DNA from: Longimicrobiales bacterium
GTDB lineage: Bacteria; Gemmatimonadota; Gemmatimonadetes; Longimicrobiales; Gaopeijiaceae
DNA length: 64,000 nt
Assembly (NCBI GenBank): GCA_965116905.1
Contig: OZ220732.1
Location: 1,216,001-1,280,000, forward strand
Direction: 5' to 3'
The notes below the pieces were generated by a model. The model was not told the DNA's origin. It searched no databases and saw only the letters and a list, made by a program, of their open reading frames with translations. Positions 1 to 9,297 of this stretch are shown piece by piece. A program made the translations under genes and the position numbers. Each line of letters begins with the position of its first letter. Position 1 is the first letter of the stretch.

Positions 1-61
1 ATCGTGAGGCCGAGCGCGCTTCTTTCGGCGACCTGCAACAGGAACTTCGGGGGTTGGGGCG

Positions 62-544
62 TCAACCGCCGCCCGCGCTGACGTCGTTGTACTTGTACAC
101 GAACCTGAGCGTCTCCCGTTCCCCGTCCGCGTTCTCGAGGACGAGCAGGCGCGAGTCGTTGTACCACTCTTCGTCGTCCAGGTACACCGTCATGGACAGC
201 GTTGCCGGTCGCAGTTCGGTCGGATACGCCTCGGCGAAGAACTGAAGCCGCGACGTGAACGGATAGGACCGGGAGAACGGCAGCGAAACGTCCGTCGTGT
301 CCGAGGCCACGAGATGAATCAGCCTGGCGCATTGCGGGCACTCGGGATCCTCCAGCTCGACGAACCACTGCGACGTGATGAGCGTTACCTCGCTGACCTC
401 CGAACTGGTGATTTCAAGGTGCGCGACTTCGGGCTCGCGGTCCAGGATCAGGGCATCGCACGCCCCGAGCATCACCGCCGAACCCGCGAATACGGCCACC
501 AGGCTGGCCCGTCGGGCGGCCCTCTCTGCGTTTGACAACTTCAT
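62..544 (-). CDS. Hypothetical lipoprotein with a CPQC motif
   Basis: 160-aa ORF; basic N-terminus, hydrophobic stretch and lipobox-like LGAC; no family recognised. Confidence 0.7.
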   Translation of the reverse strand: MKLSNAERAARRASLVAVFAGSAVMLGACDALILDREPEVAHLEITSSEVSEVTLITSQWFVELEDPECPQCARLIHLVASDTTDVSLPFSRSYPFTSRLQFFAEAYPTELRPATLSMTVYLDDEEWYNDSRLLVLENADGERETLRFVYKYNDVSAGGG

Positions 545-670
545 GGTCCCACCTTGCTATGGTCTGCGACTTCGAATCTTCCTTCCTGAACCCCTCTTCC
601 TACCCGCCACTCTCCATGATGTTCACGGGACTCCGGCGGGCGCAAGCGGGGGCGGGGACCCGCCCAGCCT

Positions 671-2161
671 TCAACGGAAATTCCCGAAGTCGACCACGGC
701 CTCCTTCGCCCCGTCGCCCCAGTCGACCGTGACGGCTCCCGACATCTCGGTGGGCACGATTCCCAGCACCCAGTCGACCAGCGCCGTCACGCGCGCGAAC
801 GCGGTGGGCTGGTAGCAGATGTTCGTGCCGAAGCTGAGGACCCCAACCTGGATCCACCGGTTGCGGAACGGCACCATCAGCGGGCCGCCCGAGTCTCCGT
901 TGCAGGTGGACTCGCTCGAGCCCTGCTTGCCGGCACAGATCGTCACGTCCAGGATGTTGGAGTCGAGGTGCGTCCGGCACTCGTCGTTCGAGATGATTTC
1001 GGCCTCCAGCTTCTTGAGCACCGCCGACGACTGTCCCCCGTCCGAAGTCAGGCCCCATCCGACCACGGTGCCGACCGTGCCCGGGGCCGACATCTCGATC
1101 CGGTCCGGCGTGAGCAGTTCGATGCGCGAGTACATGTAGTGGCCTGCGAGTTCGAGCAGGGCGATGTCGCTGGAAATGGCCGAGGGCGTAAAGGCGGGGT
1201 GGATGAGAATGCGCGTCACGTCGAGGACTTCACCGTCCTGCGTCTTGTCGTGGGCGCCCGCGAGCACTTTCACCGTGGCCGGGTCAATGCCGCCGTCAAC
1301 ACAGTGGGCGGCGGTCAGCACCCATTGGCGGGAAATGAACGTACCGCCGCAGAACTGAAAGCCGCCGGGCGTCACGAGCGCCACCTGAAACGGGAACTCT
1401 CCGGGTTCCGCCTCGGTGCCGCCGATGATCGCGGCGACGTTGGGATCCAGGGGTGCGCCCGCCAGTCCCGGGGCCGTGTTGGTCCACCCCATCGTCAGTT
1501 CCTGGGTGACCGTGTAGGCCAGGCGGTGATCTAGCCCCTCGAACCTGTACTCGCCGTCGTCATTGGTGAGGGCGGTGACTTCGGTGGAGTCGCGGATGCC
1601 GTCGCCGTTCTCGTCCAGGAAGACGACGAAGGAAGGGATGGTCTCTTCATCCTCGCCGCGCAGGCCGTCGGCGTCGGCGTCGTGCCACACCACGCCGGAA
1701 ATGACGTTCTCGCCCGTGCCCGGGGGGCTGTTGACGGTGATCGGGGTACCGGTCTGCGTGTGGGTTGCGCCCCGGTCGTCGGTGACGGTGAGCTGCGGGG
1801 CGTAGGAGCCCGCGTCCGGGTATGTGTGGGTGACCGTGCGGCCCTCGCCCGTCCCGCCGTCGCCGAACGCCCAGGCGTAGCTGACGATCGTGCCGTCGGG
1901 ATCGCTGGAGCTGCTGGCGTCGAAGCGCACTTCGAGCGGCGCCGAGCCTTCCGAGATGTCGGTCGTGAAGGCGGCCGTCGGGCGCTGGTTCGGGGTGCCC
2001 GTGGGTTGTGTGGGTGCGGGGTCGCCGCAGGCGGTGGCCAGCAGGGCGAGAAGGAGTCCGTGGACAAACCCACGCGAGCACCGAGAGAGGCGAGGCGCTG
2101 CGGCCGGCAGGGCCATTGCGGTGCCCGGCGAAACGGATCCGGGCAGGGGCTTCGGGACCAT
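671..2161 (-). CDS. Lipoprotein S1 (chymotrypsin-like) serine protease with PKD and SdrD-B-like domains
   Basis: LATAC lipobox; PKD (FDASSSSDPDG...YAWAFGDG); SdrD-B-like ISGVVWHDADADG; IIGG, TAAHC, DIALL and GDSGGP motifs. Start is 2161 or 2116; the ORF-track extension to 2533 overlaps the neighbouring gene. Confidence 0.9.
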   Translation of the reverse strand: MVPKPLPGSVSPGTAMALPAAAPRLSRCSRGFVHGLLLALLATACGDPAPTQPTGTPNQRPTAAFTTDISEGSAPLEVRFDASSSSDPDGTIVSYAWAFGDGGTGEGRTVTHTYPDAGSYAPQLTVTDDRGATHTQTGTPITVNSPPGTGENVISGVVWHDADADGLRGEDEETIPSFVVFLDENGDGIRDSTEVTALTNDDGEYRFEGLDHRLAYTVTQELTMGWTNTAPGLAGAPLDPNVAAIIGGTEAEPGEFPFQVALVTPGGFQFCGGTFISRQWVLTAAHCVDGGIDPATVKVLAGAHDKTQDGEVLDVTRILIHPAFTPSAISSDIALLELAGHYMYSRIELLTPDRIEMSAPGTVGTVVGWGLTSDGGQSSAVLKKLEAEIISNDECRTHLDSNILDVTICAGKQGSSESTCNGDSGGPLMVPFRNRWIQVGVLSFGTNICYQPTAFARVTALVDWVLGIVPTEMSGAVTVDWGDGAKEAVVDFGNFR

Positions 2162-2238
2162 CGTTGTTCTTCCTGGAATGACTGTTGGCGGGCAGGTCAA
2201 AGCTATGCTACCCGCTTCGGGGTCGGAAGGTGCCCGAA

Positions 2239-2267
2239 TGGACGAGTTGGGGCGGCCACCGTATAAT
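2239..2267 (+). promoter_or_regulatory. Putative sigma70 promoter of the cyclophilin gene
   Basis: TGGACG (2239-2244), 17-nt spacer, TATAAT (2262-2267); about 40 nt upstream of ATG 2310. Confidence 0.55.
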
Positions 2268-2309
2268 CTGCGGCATCCCTTTTCACCCGCAGACCGGACG
2301 AATCCGCCC

Positions 2310-3014
2310 ATGACATCGAACCCCATATCCAGGCGCACATTCCGTTTCTCCGCCCTCCTCCCGGCCGCACTGCTTCCGTTTTCGGCCTGTGCCGGCGATG
2401 ACGGAGGCTCGGATGCCGAAGCCGCGGCGGCCGCCAACCCGCTGCTGAGTCCGCCCGACCTGGCCGAGACCGCGCCCGAGACGTTCCAGGCCCGGTTCGA
2501 GACCACCAGGGGCGAGTTCGTGGTCGAAGTCACGCGGGCGTGGGCTCCGAACGGCGCCGACCGCTTCTACAACCTGGTCAAGAACGGGTTTTTCGAAGAC
2601 GTGCGCTTCTTCCGCGTGATGGAGAACTTCATGGCGCAGTTCGGCATGCACGGGGACCCCCAGGTGCAGGCAGCCTGGACGATGGCGACGATTCCGGACG
2701 ACCCGGTCATGGCTTCGAATGCGCGGGGCACGCTGACCTTCGCGATGCGCGGCGCGGACACCCGCACGACCCAACTCTTCCTCAACTTCATCGACAACTC
2801 GCGGCTGGACGAGATGGGGTTCGCCCCCATCGGCACGGTCGTCGACGGGATGGATGTGGTCGACCAGATCTATGCGGGGTACGGGGAGAGCGCCTCGCGC
2901 GGCGGCAACGGACCCCTGGCGCAGAACATCGCGGCCGAGGGCAACGAGTACCTGGAAGAGAGCTTCCCGGAGCTGGACTACATCGTTTCGGCGGCTCTGG
3001 TGGGCGGGGGGTAG
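2310..3014 (+). CDS. Cyclophilin-type peptidyl-prolyl cis-trans isomerase, lipoprotein
   Basis: FETTRGEF, WAPNGADRFYNLV, FFRVMENFMAQFG, RGTLTFA and RTTQLFLN motifs; FSAC lipobox. Confidence 0.92.
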   Translation: MTSNPISRRTFRFSALLPAALLPFSACAGDDGGSDAEAAAAANPLLSPPDLAETAPETFQARFETTRGEFVVEVTRAWAPNGADRFYNLVKNGFFEDVRFFRVMENFMAQFGMHGDPQVQAAWTMATIPDDPVMASNARGTLTFAMRGADTRTTQLFLNFIDNSRLDEMGFAPIGTVVDGMDVVDQIYAGYGESASRGGNGPLAQNIAAEGNEYLEESFPELDYIVSAALVGGG

Positions 3015-3017
3015 GGG

Positions 3018-4178
3018 CTACGCGGCTCCTACCGTCAGGTCACCAGCCCACAGACGCCGCGCGAACGTCGCGGCCGGCAGCACCTCGATTCCATCCCTGG
3101 TCCGACGCGCCTTGGCCTCGAGGCACACGATTACGCGTCGCCGCACGGCGTGTTCCGTCGCCAGGATGCGCAATCCCTTCAGGTGGTGCCGGCCGATCAC
3201 CGCGCTCGCCTTGGCCTCCACGGCGAGCCCCATGTCGCCCAGCACGAAGTCGACCTCGATACCGCTCGGCAACCGCCAGTGCGTGAGGCCGCCGTCGAAG
3301 TCCGTGTAGGCCACAAAGGCCGCCAGCTCATGGTGCACCCAGTTCTCAAACGCCTTCCCGTACTGCTCGGAGCCCCGCTCCACCGTGCCCCGCCGCGCCA
3401 GGCGGTTGACCACGCCCACATCGGAGAAATAGAACTTCCCGGTACCCATCAAGCGTCGCTTGAGCCGCCTGCGCCAGGCCGGCAGCCAGCGTCCCAGCAG
3501 CGTGTCCTCCAGGATGTCGAAGTAGTTCTTCACGGCCTGGCTCGACACTCCGCACTCGCGGGCGATGTTCGAGAAGTTGACAGGCTCCGTGTCGCCCAGG
3601 GCCGCGATGTCCAGGAAACCGGAAAAGGCGGGCAGATTCCTGACCAGCCCTTCCGATGCGATTTCCTCCTTGATGTAGTCGGCAATATAGGAATCGAGGC
3701 GGCGCCGAGCCTGGGCCGACTGGTGAATTCGAGGCAGGTAGCCCCGGTTGAGCAACCGGTCCAGGTCGAAGCGATCCCCGAGTTCCCCGGCCGCCAGACC
3801 TCTCAATTCGAATCGAAGCGCGCGCCCCCCGAGCAGGTTGGCCGCGCCCCTCCTGACCTTTCGCGCGCTGGATCCGCAAAGCGCGAAGTGGAGCCCCCGG
3901 TTTTCGATCAGCCAGTGCACCTCGTTCAGGAGCGCGGGCACCATCTGGACTTCGTCGATGACGATCTGCCGCGTGGGGTCGGAGTTGGCTTCGAGTTCCA
4001 GCCGCAGGAGTTCCGGGCGAGTTGCGTAGCGCCTGAACTCCTCGCTCTTCAGCAGATCGATCCAGTGACCGCCGGGATAGTGCTTCCGCAACAGGGTACT
4101 CTTCCCGGTCTGCCGGGGTCCCCAAAGGAAGAAGGTCTCCGTTCCCGAACTGGGCAGTTCCAAGCTTCGATTGAACAT
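3018..4178 (-). CDS. AAA_14-type ATPase with C-terminal DUF4143 domain
   Basis: Walker A GPRQTGKST, Walker B IVIDEVQ, CGSSAR, KFYFSDVG and C-terminal EVDFV...VEAK. Confidence 0.9.
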   Translation of the reverse strand: MFNRSLELPSSGTETFFLWGPRQTGKSTLLRKHYPGGHWIDLLKSEEFRRYATRPELLRLELEANSDPTRQIVIDEVQMVPALLNEVHWLIENRGLHFALCGSSARKVRRGAANLLGGRALRFELRGLAAGELGDRFDLDRLLNRGYLPRIHQSAQARRRLDSYIADYIKEEIASEGLVRNLPAFSGFLDIAALGDTEPVNFSNIARECGVSSQAVKNYFDILEDTLLGRWLPAWRRRLKRRLMGTGKFYFSDVGVVNRLARRGTVERGSEQYGKAFENWVHHELAAFVAYTDFDGGLTHWRLPSGIEVDFVLGDMGLAVEAKASAVIGRHHLKGLRILATEHAVRRRVIVCLEAKARRTRDGIEVLPAATFARRLWAGDLTVGAA

Positions 4179-4180
4179 GG

Positions 4181-4208
4181 ACTTGAAATTATCATGATAT
4201 TTTCAAGT
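4181..4208. promoter_or_regulatory. AT-rich 28-bp near-perfect palindrome (operator-like)
   Basis: ACTTGAAATTATCATGATATTTTCAAGT with one T/T mismatched pair; 2 nt upstream of the ATPase ATG. Confidence 0.65.
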
Positions 4209-4267
4209 AGTCCAGCCAGTTTATCGCCAACAATGTCATAATCTGGCGAGATTCTGTCCATGACTGG

Positions 4268-4954
4268 CTAATACGGCACCCCAAGCGCCTTGCACAGCCA
4301 CCGCTGAAGTGTCACGCCGTCCCGGCACAGCCCCGCGAACATGTCGAGGAACCCGTCCGCGGTCAGGGCGTCGGAGGGTAGCCGTGCGACTCCGATGAAG
4401 TCCTTGCGCCGTAGATCCACGATCATCGGGTGGTCGATCTTGTAGCCCTTCGGGGCCCTTACCAGCGAATCGCCGGAGAGTTCGAAGCTGCGCGCGAAGC
4501 GCGGATCCGTCGAAGCCCGAATCCACGCGTCGGGGTCCTCGTCGATGGACTCGCGGATCCTGCGCAGAGCGGCACCGGCCGGCCGCCAGACACCGCATCC
4601 CACGAAGCACGATCCCGGCGCAATGTGGAGGTAGAAGCCCGGCGCGTGCGCGTCCTTGCTGGCCTCGTGCCGGAAGTGGATGCCCGTGTGCGTCTTGTAG
4701 GGCGTCTTGTCCTTCGAGAAGCGGGTGTCGCGGTAGATCCGGAAGAGCGAGCCGCCGTTCGCCCGGGGGTCGGCCCGGAAGCGCGAACTGATCTTGTGCA
4801 GGTGCGGGGCGAAGTCGTTGATGAAGCGGAGCGCGGGGTCCCGGACATCGGCCATGTAGCGCGGCTTGTTGGCGCCGAACCACTCGCGGTTGTTGTTGGC
4901 CGCCAGTTCGGTCAGAAACGAGAAGGTGCGAGAGGTGAAGTAGGCGTCTGCCAT
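4268..4954 (-). CDS. DUF2461 (TIGR02453-like) protein
   Basis: FLTELAANNNREWF, FRIYRDTRFSKDKTPYKTH, PGFYLHI and LRRKDF motifs. Confidence 0.92.
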   Translation of the reverse strand: MADAYFTSRTFSFLTELAANNNREWFGANKPRYMADVRDPALRFINDFAPHLHKISSRFRADPRANGGSLFRIYRDTRFSKDKTPYKTHTGIHFRHEASKDAHAPGFYLHIAPGSCFVGCGVWRPAGAALRRIRESIDEDPDAWIRASTDPRFARSFELSGDSLVRAPKGYKIDHPMIVDLRRKDFIGVARLPSDALTADGFLDMFAGLCRDGVTLQRWLCKALGVPY

Positions 4955-5092
4955 GAAGTGGCCTGTCGTGTGGCGGTGAAGTAAGATCAACGGCGCTGTT
5001 ATCTACGCCTGCGGCGACGTCCGACGCAAGCACGCCGGACACGCGCCGCGGCGCCCGCAACCATTGACCGGACTCGTGGAGGAGCCGCCCGG

Positions 5093-5539
5093 ATGACTCG
5101 AACCCGTATAGGCCGGACCATCAATGCACCCGTGGACGCGGTCTTCGAGACCGTCTCCGACATCTCCCAATACACCAGGGCCGTGCCGGACATCGTGCGG
5201 GTCGAGTTCGTGACCGAGCGGAAGACCGGCGTCGGGACCCGCTTCCGCGAAACGCGCCGGATGGGCAAGCGGGAGGCCACGACCGAGCTCGAAGTCACCG
5301 AGTACGTGAAGGACGAGCGGGTGCGCATGGTCTCCGATGCCGGCGGCACGGTGTGGGACTCGGTGTTCACCGTAACGGCCATGGGCGACGGCGAGGGGAC
5401 AAGGCTCGATCTGGTCATGGAGGCGCGGCCGTACCGGCTCTTGTCGCGGTTGATGGTGCCCCTGATGAAGGGTGCGGTTGCCAAGGCGGTGGCCGGGGAC
5501 ATGGACGCGCTGAAGGCCTGGCTCGAGGGGGACGGGTAG
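5093..5539 (+). CDS. SRPBCC (polyketide cyclase/dehydrase-like) family protein
   Basis: INAPVDAVF, GVGTRFRETR and C-terminal helix DMDALKAWLE; GGAGG RBS. Confidence 0.85.
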   Translation: MTRTRIGRTINAPVDAVFETVSDISQYTRAVPDIVRVEFVTERKTGVGTRFRETRRMGKREATTELEVTEYVKDERVRMVSDAGGTVWDSVFTVTAMGDGEGTRLDLVMEARPYRLLSRLMVPLMKGAVAKAVAGDMDALKAWLEGDG

Positions 5540-5545
5540 GGAGCG

Positions 5546-6286
5546 GTGGGCGGCGTGGGAGCCGCTGACGGTGCGGGTCGGCTGCGGGTTCTGCGCGATG
5601 AGCTGGTGGAGTGCCGCCGATGCCCGCGTCTCGTGGCCTGGCGGGAGAAGGTCTCGAGCGAGAAGCGGGCGGCGTACCGCGAGGACGACTATTGGGGACG
5701 GCCGGTTCCGGGGTTCGGCGATCCGCATGCGTCGGTGATGGTGGTCGGACTCGCCCCGGCGGCGCATGGGGCCAACCGGACCGGGCGCATGTTCACCGGC
5801 GACCGTGCGGGGGACTGGCTGTATCGCGCGATGCACAAGGCCGGGTTTGCCAACCAGGCGCTGAGCCGGGACCGTGCCGACGGACTTGCGCTCACGGGCG
5901 CGTACGTCACGGCGGGTGTGCGGTGTGCTCCGCCGGGCAACCGGCCCACGACACGGGAGCGGGACCGCTGCGCCCCCTTCCTGCAGCGCGAAATCGAGGC
6001 CATGTGGGATGGGCTTCACACTTTCGTGGCCCTGGGCGGCTTCGCCTACGCCGTCGTCCTGAAGACGCTGGCGGCGCGAGGGGTGGAGATCCCGCGTCCG
6101 CGCCCGCGCTTTTCCCACGGGGTCGAGGTGGACCTGGGCACGGTGGCCGTGCTGGCGTCCTATCATCCCAGTCAGCAGAATACGTTTACCGGGACACTGA
6201 CCGAGCCCATGTTCGACAGGGTCTGGCAGCGTGCGGCGGAGCGCATGGCGGCGGCTGCCACAAGGAGGAATCATGAAGCGACGTGA
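5546..6286 (+). CDS. Uracil-DNA glycosylase, family 5 (UdgB-like, Fe-S)
   Basis: CRRCPRL, GLAPAAHGANRTGRMFTGD, RCAPPGNRP and YHPSQQN motifs. Confidence 0.93.
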   Translation: MGGVGAADGAGRLRVLRDELVECRRCPRLVAWREKVSSEKRAAYREDDYWGRPVPGFGDPHASVMVVGLAPAAHGANRTGRMFTGDRAGDWLYRAMHKAGFANQALSRDRADGLALTGAYVTAGVRCAPPGNRPTTRERDRCAPFLQREIEAMWDGLHTFVALGGFAYAVVLKTLAARGVEIPRPRPRFSHGVEVDLGTVAVLASYHPSQQNTFTGTLTEPMFDRVWQRAAERMAAAATRRNHEAT

Positions 6287-7388
6287 CTTCGTGAAGGGAC
6301 TGGCCGTGGCCGGCGCTTCGGGTCTGACGGGCGCCTCGGGTTTGACGGGCGCTTCGGGTCTGGCGGGCGCTTCGGATCTGGCGGGCGCTGGGTCGCCGCT
6401 CGCGCAGGACGACATCGTCGTGGACGGCCTCTTCGCGGGTGCGATGCGGCTGTCCCACCTGCGCGAAATGCAGGAAGGCGGGGCTCACTGCGGGGTTGCC
6501 GGCGGCCCGTCCGACATGGCCAGCTTCGCGGCGCTGCTCCGCTTCTTCGACGAGTACGCGGACGAAGTCGTCCTGGCCAAATCGGTCGCCGAGATCCGGG
6601 ACGCCCGCGCGCGCGGGCTCATCTCCAACGTCTTCTGCTGGCAGTCGGCCACGGTGCTCGGCGACTCCTTCAATTCACCGCTGGGCAGCGCGGCCACGTC
6701 GCTCCGCGCCTTCCAGGAGGTCGGTCTCCGCCAGGTCGGCCTCTGCTACAACGTCGCGAACGCGTTCGGGTCCGGCTGTCTCGAGCCCGAAGGACCACTG
6801 ACGCGCGCCGGCCACCGCCTGGTGGAGGAAATGCATTCGCTGGGGATCATCCTGGACGTGGGTGGGCACACCGGGGAACGCACGACGCTCGACGCCATAG
6901 CGATCTCCGACGGCGTTCCGGTCATCTGCAGCCACACCAACATCGCCGCGATCGCGGACAACTACCGCTGCATCAGCGACCGGGTCATCGACGCCATCGC
7001 CGGGACCGGCGGCGTCATCGGCATCACCGCGGTCAACGACTTCCACGTGCGCGGGCGCGGGAACACGGGACCTACGCCGCACGTGGGCATCGAGGAGCAC
7101 GTGGACCAGTACGACTACATCAAGAACCGCGTCGGTGTGGACCACGTCGGCATGGGCACCGACTTCGTGGGCGGGATGGCGATTCCCTACGGGGGCGGCA
7201 TCAACGCCGAGATCATAACCCCGGACATGGTGAGCGAGCCGTGGCGCTTCATCCGCGGTTTCGAGAGCATCGCCGAGCTGCCCAACCTGATCGACGGGCT
7301 GCGGCGGCGCGGGTGGACGGACGAAGAAGTTCGCAAGGCAATGGGAGCCAACTGGCTCCGGGTATACCAGCAGGTCTGGGGAGGTTGA
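6273..7388 (+). CDS. Tat-exported membrane dipeptidase (peptidase M19) family protein
   Basis: MKRRDFVKG Tat motif after an AGGAGG RBS; SHTN, GGVIGI, GVDHVGMGTDF and GANWLRV motifs. Confidence 0.85.
   Translation: MKRRDFVKGLAVAGASGLTGASGLTGASGLAGASDLAGAGSPLAQDDIVVDGLFAGAMRLSHLREMQEGGAHCGVAGGPSDMASFAALLRFFDEYADEVVLAKSVAEIRDARARGLISNVFCWQSATVLGDSFNSPLGSAATSLRAFQEVGLRQVGLCYNVANAFGSGCLEPEGPLTRAGHRLVEEMHSLGIILDVGGHTGERTTLDAIAISDGVPVICSHTNIAAIADNYRCISDRVIDAIAGTGGVIGITAVNDFHVRGRGNTGPTPHVGIEEHVDQYDYIKNRVGVDHVGMGTDFVGGMAIPYGGGINAEIITPDMVSEPWRFIRGFESIAELPNLIDGLRRRGWTDEEVRKAMGANWLRVYQQVWGG
6312..6389 (+). repeat. In-frame 18-bp tandem repeat, 4 copies plus a partial (GASGL[T/A]-like)
   Basis: GGCGC(T/C)TCGG(G/A)T(C/T)TG(A/G)CG units within the signal-peptide region. 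Confidence 0.85.
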
Positions 7389-7391
7389 ACA

Positions 7392-9296
7392 ATGCGTATC
7401 CGATTGATTCCCCGAGCAATTCCCCGAGCGTTCGCGACCGTCGTTTCCGGGGTGGTGGCCATGGTCGCGATGGCGGCCTGTGGCCCCGGTGCGGATTCCT
7501 CCGGCGGGGAGGAGATGCCCATGGGGACGGATGCCGACGGCGCGGGCGAAGCCATGGCTGAAATCGTCTCTGCCGAAGTGCTCCAGAGCGAGGGTCTGGA
7601 GGGAATCCACCGCGAGATCGGGTACGCTCCCATGCCCGACGGCGTGCGGCTGGCGTACATCGCCTACCGCCCGGCCGAGGAAGGACGGTACCCTGTCATC
7701 CTCGACTACGACGCCTACGAGAGCAGCGGAGCCGACATCGCTACGAATGTCTGGTTCCAGAAGGCGGTTCGGGCCGGCTACGCGGTGGTGGGGGCCAACG
7801 TGCGCGGGAGCGGTTGCTCGGAAGGCGACACCTTCAGCCTGTTCCATCCGCAGCAGGGGCCCGATGGGGCCGCGCTTGTCCAGTGGCTCGGCACACGCCC
7901 GTGGAGCGACGGCAACGTGGGCATGTACGGCGTCTCGTACCCCGGCCACACGCAGTTTTTCGTCGCGGCCCAGCGGCCGTCGCATCTGAAGGCGCTGGCG
8001 GCGGGCGGGCTGACCGCGTCGATCTACCGTGAGGGCTTCCGGCCAGGCGGCATCTTCAACGTCGGGTTCTCGGCGTGGTGGGGCGAGATGGCGCAGCCCT
8101 GGATCGAGGAGGTGGGCGTGACGCTGCGGACCGGCGCGGGAGACACGCACTGCGAGGCGGTTCAGGCGGCCCAGCCACGGAACAACGCGTTTCCCGAAGC
8201 GATGGAGCACGAGTACCACGGTCAGTACTGGGACGAACGCTCGCCGGAGAGCTACGCGGACCAGGTTGAGGTGCCGATGATGATCATCGCCGGCTACCAG
8301 GATCAGCAGACTGCGATGGGCGGGCCGCGACTCTACGAGAAGTTGCAGGGTCCGCGAAAGCTGATTCTGCAGAACGGCGGGCACGGTGTCGGCGGCAATG
8401 CTCTGGCCCACGAGCAGGTGCTGCGCTGGATGGACCGCTGGCTGAAGGGCGAGGAGAACGGGATCGACGAGGAGCCGAGGGTCACGGTGCTGTTCGAGAC
8501 GGGCGTTGTCGACGGTCAGCTCCGGCCCAACTGGGTCGAGACGTTTCCGGACTGGCCGGTGCCCGGGACCGAGCGGCGCGCCTTCAACCTCGGCTCGGAC
8601 GGGTCACTGACCACCGACGCGCTGGCCGAGGGGCAGACGGGGCCGCTCACCTACGTCTACCCCATGGGAACCGAGCTGGTTGGGAACAACGACATGTTCT
8701 CGATCCCGCCGGCGCCACTCGGCTCGCTGATCTACCGCACGGCTCCATTGGCCGAGGATCTGCCGATTCTCGGGTCGGCGCGCCTGGTCCTGCACGCCAG
8801 CGCCGAGGCGGAAGACACCGACTTCATGGTGGTGCTCCACGACATCGGGCCCGATGGCGAGACCCTGTACCTGCAGCGCGCGTTCCTGCGGGCGTCCCAT
8901 CGAGCCATTGACGCGGCCAGGTCGTCCGAACACTGGACGCACCACCCACACGACCGCTCCGAACCCCTGGTGGCGGGCGAGGTCTACGAACTCGTCGTCT
9001 CTTTTCCGGAGGTCGGACACGTCTTTCGCGCGGGACACGCGGTTGAGCTGGCGATCCTGGCGCCGAGCGTCACGCCCGCGACCGACTGGGGCCCGATGCC
9101 GATCAACCTGCCGGGCATCAATACCGTGTACCATTCGGCCGAGTACCCGTCCCGCCTCGAGCTGCCGGTTGTTGCAAGCATCTCGGCCACCGGACCTGCC
9201 CCGGAGTGCGGGACGCTGGAGTACCAGCCGTGCCGTCCCAGGGTCGAACCGAACTTCACCGCGGCCGGAATGCCGCGCGATCTCCTGCGCCGGTGA
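7392..9296 (+). CDS. CocE/NonD family serine hydrolase, lipoprotein
   Basis: PMPDGVRLA, NVRGSGCSEG, nucleophile elbow GVSYPG and C-terminal HVFRAGH; MAAC lipobox. Confidence 0.92.
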   Translation: MRIRLIPRAIPRAFATVVSGVVAMVAMAACGPGADSSGGEEMPMGTDADGAGEAMAEIVSAEVLQSEGLEGIHREIGYAPMPDGVRLAYIAYRPAEEGRYPVILDYDAYESSGADIATNVWFQKAVRAGYAVVGANVRGSGCSEGDTFSLFHPQQGPDGAALVQWLGTRPWSDGNVGMYGVSYPGHTQFFVAAQRPSHLKALAAGGLTASIYREGFRPGGIFNVGFSAWWGEMAQPWIEEVGVTLRTGAGDTHCEAVQAAQPRNNAFPEAMEHEYHGQYWDERSPESYADQVEVPMMIIAGYQDQQTAMGGPRLYEKLQGPRKLILQNGGHGVGGNALAHEQVLRWMDRWLKGEENGIDEEPRVTVLFETGVVDGQLRPNWVETFPDWPVPGTERRAFNLGSDGSLTTDALAEGQTGPLTYVYPMGTELVGNNDMFSIPPAPLGSLIYRTAPLAEDLPILGSARLVLHASAEAEDTDFMVVLHDIGPDGETLYLQRAFLRASHRAIDAARSSEHWTHHPHDRSEPLVAGEVYELVVSFPEVGHVFRAGHAVELAILAPSVTPATDWGPMPINLPGINTVYHSAEYPSRLELPVVASISATGPAPECGTLEYQPCRPRVEPNFTAAGMPRDLLRR

Positions 9297-9297
9297 C

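Noticed and set aside
1..65. Possible start of a minus-strand gene (TTG at 65 overlapping the stop at 62-64)
   Set aside because: Only 21 codons are visible; cannot be supported
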